Shown here: positions 60,098 through 64,000 of the stretch, piece by piece
How the letters are laid out: each line of letters begins with the position of its first letter
Position numbering within the stretch: the first letter of the stretch is position 1
Assembly (NCBI GenBank): GCA_030431715.1
Contig: JAUIIO010000005.1
Coordinates: forward strand, 17,542-81,541
Source: a bacterium
GTDB taxonomy: Bacteria > Bdellovibrionota_C > UBA2361 > RFPC01
Direction of reading: 5' to 3'
DNA length: 64,000 nucleotides
Program-made: the position numbers and the translations under genes
The notes under the pieces: generated by a model
Databases searched by the model: none
Seen by the model: only the letters and a program-made list of their open reading frames with translations
What the model was told of the DNA's origin: nothing

Positions 60098-62731
60098 ATG
60101 ACTATCCCAAAGAAATACAAAGCTGGTGAGATTGAAACTAGGTGGCAGGACCACTGGAGTGAGCGTGGTGTTTACGACTGGAAACCCGATGTCCCTCGTG
60201 AGAATACCTTTACCGTTGATACGCCACCTCCAACGGTTTCAGGTTCGCTTCATGTCGGCCACGTATTTAGTTACACCCAAACAGATCTTATCGTTCGCTA
60301 CCAGAGAATGCAGGGCAAAAATATTTTTTACCCCATGGGGTGGGATGATAACGGTTTGCCAACTGAACGTCGGGTACAAAACGTTTATGGCATTTCGTGT
60401 AATCCGAGATTGCCCTACGAGAAAGATTGGAAGCCAGAACCGCAGAGTGGTAAGAAGTCGAAGAAGTCGGATGCAGTTGAGGTTTCCAGAAAGAACTTTA
60501 TCGAAGCGTGTGAAATTCTTACCGGTGACGATGAGAAAGCTTTTGAAGCTCTCTGGCGTAGGCTTGGTCTTTCTGTTGATTGGTCGCTTCAGTACGCAAC
60601 GATAGACGATCACTGTCGTAAACTTTCGCAGTATTCCTTCCTAGATCTCGTAGAGAAAGGTTTTGCCTACTCTCACGAAGCCCCAACAATGTGGGACATT
60701 GATTTCCGTACAGCAGTAGCGCAAGCCGAGCTTGAAGACCGTGAAATGCCGGGCGCATACCACGATATCAAATTCGCAGTAGAGGGTGGGGGAGACTTCA
60801 CCATCTCAACCACAAGACCAGAGCTCCTTGCTGCTTGTATCGCTGTGGTTGCTCATCCTGATGATAAACGTTTTAAGGACCTCTTCGGAAAGCATGCGAT
60901 CACGCCTCTCTTCCATGCAAAGGTCCCAATTCTCCCTGCCGAACATGCTGATCCTGAGAAGGGAACAGGTATCTTGATGGTCTGTACCTTCGGTGATGTC
61001 ATGGATGTTGAGTGGTGGAAAAGCTCAAAGCTTCCGGCTAAGCAGATAATTGGGCGTGATGGACGACTCATTGAGCTTGACTACGGTACTGCCCCCTTCA
61101 CCTCAGAGAATCCAGAGCTTGCAAATAGCAATTACGGAGAGCTTTCAGGGCTGACCATAAAGCAAGCTCAGAAAAAGATAGTTGAGCTTTTAGCTGCTGA
61201 TGGTTCTGCTGTAGATGGCAATGGAACTGCTTTGCTCGGTGAGCCAAAGCAGATAATGCACCCTGTAAAATTCTTTGAAAAAGGAGATCGCCCGGTTGAA
61301 TTCCTTACTACCAGACAGTGGTTTGTTAAGGTCTGTGATTACAAAGAAGAGCTCCTTGCGCAAGGGAGAAAGATATCTTGGCATCCAGAATACATGCGTG
61401 CTCGGTATGAGCATTGGGTTGAAGGGCTAAACACCGATTGGTGCATCAGCCGGCAGCGTTTTTTTGGTGTTTCATTTCCCGTCTGGTATCCACTTGGTGA
61501 GAACGGTGAGCCTAACTATGATTCACCGATTTATGCTAAAGCTGAGAGTCTACCTGTAGATCCGATGTCCGATGTGCCGGAAGGGTATACGGAGGATCAG
61601 CGAGGACAAGCCGGTGGATTTATCGGTGATCCTGACGTTATGGATACATGGGCTACCTCTGCGCTTACGCCACAGATAGCTTCAGGATGGTATACTAATT
61701 CAGAGCGTCATGCCGGGCTTTATCCGATGGATCTCAGGCCTCAGGCTCACGATATTATTCGAACATGGGCGTTTGTAACGATACTTAAGAGTTGGATGCA
61801 CGAGGGTACTATCCCGTGGTCACACATCGCACTAAGCGGCTGGATCCTCGATCCAGATCGCAAGAAAATGAGCAAATCAAAGGGCAACGTTGTTACCCCC
61901 GATCATCTCCTGACCGAGTATTCATCAGATGGTGTGAGATATTGGGCTGCCAGAGCGCGGCTTGGTACTGACACTGCGTTTGACGATAAGGTCTTTAAGA
62001 TCGGGCAGAAGCTCGTACTCAAGATCTTTAACATGGGGAAATTTGTGGTATCTCTGCTCAGCCAATTAGAAGGCGAACCTGTGTCTAAGGCTGATATAAG
62101 TGAGCCACTTGATTTAGCGCAGATTGAAGAGCTTCGCGCAACTATTGCAAAAGCTACAAAATCATTTGAGGCGTTTGATTATGCCACAGCCCTTCAAGCA
62201 GCCGAGGATAGCTTCTGGAAGACCTGTGATTTCTATCTGGAGCTTGTAAAGACGAGAGCCTACAAGGGAGAAGATCTCGCTGCTCGTCGTTCCGCTCTGG
62301 CAACTCTAAAAGAGAGCTTACTTGTTTACCTAAGACTCTTTGCTCCAGCGCTTCCTTTCATAACCGAAGAGGTCTGGTCATGGCACCCTCACTCTACATG
62401 CGAGAGTATCCACCATGCTCCGTGGCCAAAGCTTGAAGAGCTTCAAATTGTGGCCACGCCTGAACAAGATAATATTCTTCTAGCAGCAAGTGAGGTATTA
62501 TCTGAGGTAAGAAAGCAAAAGAGTGTTGCTCAAACAAGCCTGACAACAGAAGTGACTCAGCTAAAGGTGAAGGGCGTTTCCTCAAAACTCTCTGCCCTGA
62601 AGTCTGCACTCTCAGATCTCATACATGCAGGTCATATCACAGAGTCAGGGATGGAATTTGAAGAGGATGGTGACCTTCAAGAAAGTGATCCCTGCGAGGT
62701 ACAGGTAACACTTGCAGAGAGCAGTTCATAG
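60098..62731 (+). CDS. valS: Valine--tRNA ligase (archaeal/actinobacterial type 2)
   Basis: DTPPPTVSGSLHVGH, YPMGWDDNGLPTERRV, DWCISRQR, DVMDTWATS, KMSKS. Confidence 0.96.
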   Translation: MTIPKKYKAGEIETRWQDHWSERGVYDWKPDVPRENTFTVDTPPPTVSGSLHVGHVFSYTQTDLIVRYQRMQGKNIFYPMGWDDNGLPTERRVQNVYGISCNPRLPYEKDWKPEPQSGKKSKKSDAVEVSRKNFIEACEILTGDDEKAFEALWRRLGLSVDWSLQYATIDDHCRKLSQYSFLDLVEKGFAYSHEAPTMWDIDFRTAVAQAELEDREMPGAYHDIKFAVEGGGDFTISTTRPELLAACIAVVAHPDDKRFKDLFGKHAITPLFHAKVPILPAEHADPEKGTGILMVCTFGDVMDVEWWKSSKLPAKQIIGRDGRLIELDYGTAPFTSENPELANSNYGELSGLTIKQAQKKIVELLAADGSAVDGNGTALLGEPKQIMHPVKFFEKGDRPVEFLTTRQWFVKVCDYKEELLAQGRKISWHPEYMRARYEHWVEGLNTDWCISRQRFFGVSFPVWYPLGENGEPNYDSPIYAKAESLPVDPMSDVPEGYTEDQRGQAGGFIGDPDVMDTWATSALTPQIASGWYTNSERHAGLYPMDLRPQAHDIIRTWAFVTILKSWMHEGTIPWSHIALSGWILDPDRKKMSKSKGNVVTPDHLLTEYSSDGVRYWAARARLGTDTAFDDKVFKIGQKLVLKIFNMGKFVVSLLSQLEGEPVSKADISEPLDLAQIEELRATIAKATKSFEAFDYATALQAAEDSFWKTCDFYLELVKTRAYKGEDLAARRSALATLKESLLVYLRLFAPALPFITEEVWSWHPHSTCESIHHAPWPKLEELQIVATPEQDNILLAASEVLSEVRKQKSVAQTSLTTEVTQLKVKGVSSKLSALKSALSDLIHAGHITESGMEFEEDGDLQESDPCEVQVTLAESSS

Positions 62732-62768
62732 TATAGTAGTATACTGCCCACCAAATATCGGTATGAAT

Positions 62769-62835
62769 CCTTGTCCTGCTCCTAGTCCTATTCTTGCCCC
62801 ATTGGAGCAAGACAAGGACTAGGAGCAGGACAAGG
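62769..62835. repeat. 6-nt-periodic palindromic element
   Basis: Perfect 21-bp IR CCTTGTCCTGCTCCTAGTCCT (62769-62789 / 62815-62835). Confidence 0.92.
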
Positions 62836-62879
62836 CATCTGGGAAGTATGACGGCAATCTCCATGCGTTAGGAAAATAC

Positions 62880-63182
62880 GTGTCTATGAACGAGCGTGAA
62901 GATACTGAGAAGTTTGTCAAAAAGATAATCCTAATTGGTTGGATAGCTATCGCGCTGTCATCGCTCTTTCTCTTCATTAGTGGATATTCTATTGGCGGAG
63001 TACCAGCAGGGAGCAAGACACTACGTGCGCTACTTCTAATGCTTGCTCGCACCGCTGGAATGGCAGCTTTTGGAATCGGTGCTTTTGCGATTGTAAATCA
63101 TCGCTGGACAGTAGGAGTCCTGTTGATAATTCTATCTACCGGCTTGCCAATAGTCTCCCTCTATCTGCACGGAACATTTTAG
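62880..63182 (+). CDS. Small membrane protein (3 TM)
   Basis: 100-aa hydrophobic ORF. Confidence 0.7.
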   Translation: MSMNEREDTEKFVKKIILIGWIAIALSSLFLFISGYSIGGVPAGSKTLRALLLMLARTAGMAAFGIGAFAIVNHRWTVGVLLIILSTGLPIVSLYLHGTF

Positions 63183-63183
63183 T

Positions 63184-63750
63184 GCTGAGACATGAATGTC
63201 GAACTACGGCTTGCTACACTGTAGTTTTTACGTAGTAGGGCGGCAATCTCCCAGCCCAAACTGTTAAATATTAACCGCAAACAACGCAAAGCTCTCTAGG
63301 CCCAACTCCTTAGCGTCCTTTGCGGTTAATCCCAATCCATCTCCACCCCTGCAAAACTATCAAAATAACAAAACCTAGTCCTGCTCCTTGTCCTATTCCT
63401 GACCCAAAGTAAATTGACTTGGGGTAAGACAAGGACAAGGAGCAGGACCAGGTTTTATATCACCGTTATCCCCCGTTATTGCGAGGAGCTGAGACATGAA
63501 TGTCGAACGACAGCTTACCACGCCGTAGTTTGGTGGCGATCTCCCAGCCCAACCTCCAACAGCATTAACCGCAAAAGCCGCAAAAACCCTACGCGCAAAT
63601 ATTTTGCGTTTTTGGCGGTTTCTGGGGTTAATCCTAATCCATCTTCGCCCCTGCAAAACTATCAAGATAACAAAACCTAGTCCTGCTCCTTGTCCTATTC
63701 CTGACCCAAAGTAAATTCACTAGGGGCAAGATAAGGACAAAGAGCAGGGG
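63184..63750. repeat. Two diverged tandem copies (~303-nt period) of a three-element palindromic mosaic
   Basis: GCTGAGACATGAATGTCGAAC at 63184 and 63488; TTAACCGCAAA palindromes at 63271 and 63565; CCTAGTCCTGCTCCTTGTCCTATTCCTGACCCAAAGTAAATT at 63374 and 63676. Confidence 0.92.
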
Positions 63751-63759
63751 CATTAACAA

Positions 63760-63999
63760 TTAAGAAACTACTTCCAGCTTGCGCATCCGTTTCGCATAAC
63801 TCCCGGATGTTTTACGTATTACCATATATCCAATTCCAATTTGGAATGCCGCAAATACAGTAGCTGCGATCGCCAGCATCGTAACAAATGTCCCGAACTC
63901 ATCACTTTTAAGATCTCCTGATACTTCAGGGCTTAGCAGCGTAAAGGCAAAGGCAAATACGAAAATAACACCCAGTAGTGTGAGACAATAGAGAAACGC
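63760..63999 (-). CDS. C-terminus of a membrane protein (5' end outside window)
   Basis: Open frame AFLYCLTLLGVIF...SYAKRMRKLEVVS* with two TM segments; not in the supplied ORF track. Confidence 0.7.
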   Translation of the reverse strand, partial: AFLYCLTLLGVIFVFAFAFTLLSPEVSGDLKSDEFGTFVTMLAIAATVFAAFQIGIGYMVIRKTSGSYAKRMRKLEVVS

Positions 64000-64000
64000 A

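Noticed and set aside
62637..63680. ORFs 62637-62864, 63393-63665 and 63414-63680
   Set aside because: Their RTRSRT and LVLLLV runs are translations of the palindromic repeats.
63184..63750. Possible CRISPR array
   Set aside because: Only two ~300-nt units, no 25-45-nt repeats with unique spacers, and no cas genes in the window.

Overview
64 kb of gene-dense bacterial chromosome of moderate GC (roughly mid-40s % by eye). It comes from a diderm bacterium: lptD, ihfB and the asd-truA / accD-lptD order suggest a deltaproteobacteria- or Bdellovibrionota-like lineage, which is inference. Housekeeping blocks are nfeD-SPFH, queA-tgt-yajC-secDF, pcm-dedA-nlpD-tRNA-Arg(CCT), megL-cysK, ihfB, asd-truA, pgk, accD-lptD-rfbBD-manC, gmd-rmd, pyrFE and valS. 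Accessory genes are interspersed: a DUF6502-like/lipoprotein divergon, two orphan ABC binding proteins, a TrmB regulator, a stand-alone VirD4/TrwB-like ATPase, half of a ligase-associated repair cluster, and two apparently degenerate enzymes. I saw no CRISPR array, rRNA, integrase or transposase. The strongest unexplained structure is non-coding. Many intergenic gaps carry short palindromic elements of several families (6-nt-periodic, 9-nt-periodic and RPE-like). These nest in each other, assemble into a ~300-bp mosaic duplicated in tandem at the window end, seed a (TCCTCA)11 microsatellite, and sometimes lie next to strongly C/A-skewed gene tails. All family assignments come from motif recognition by eye, not from database searches.
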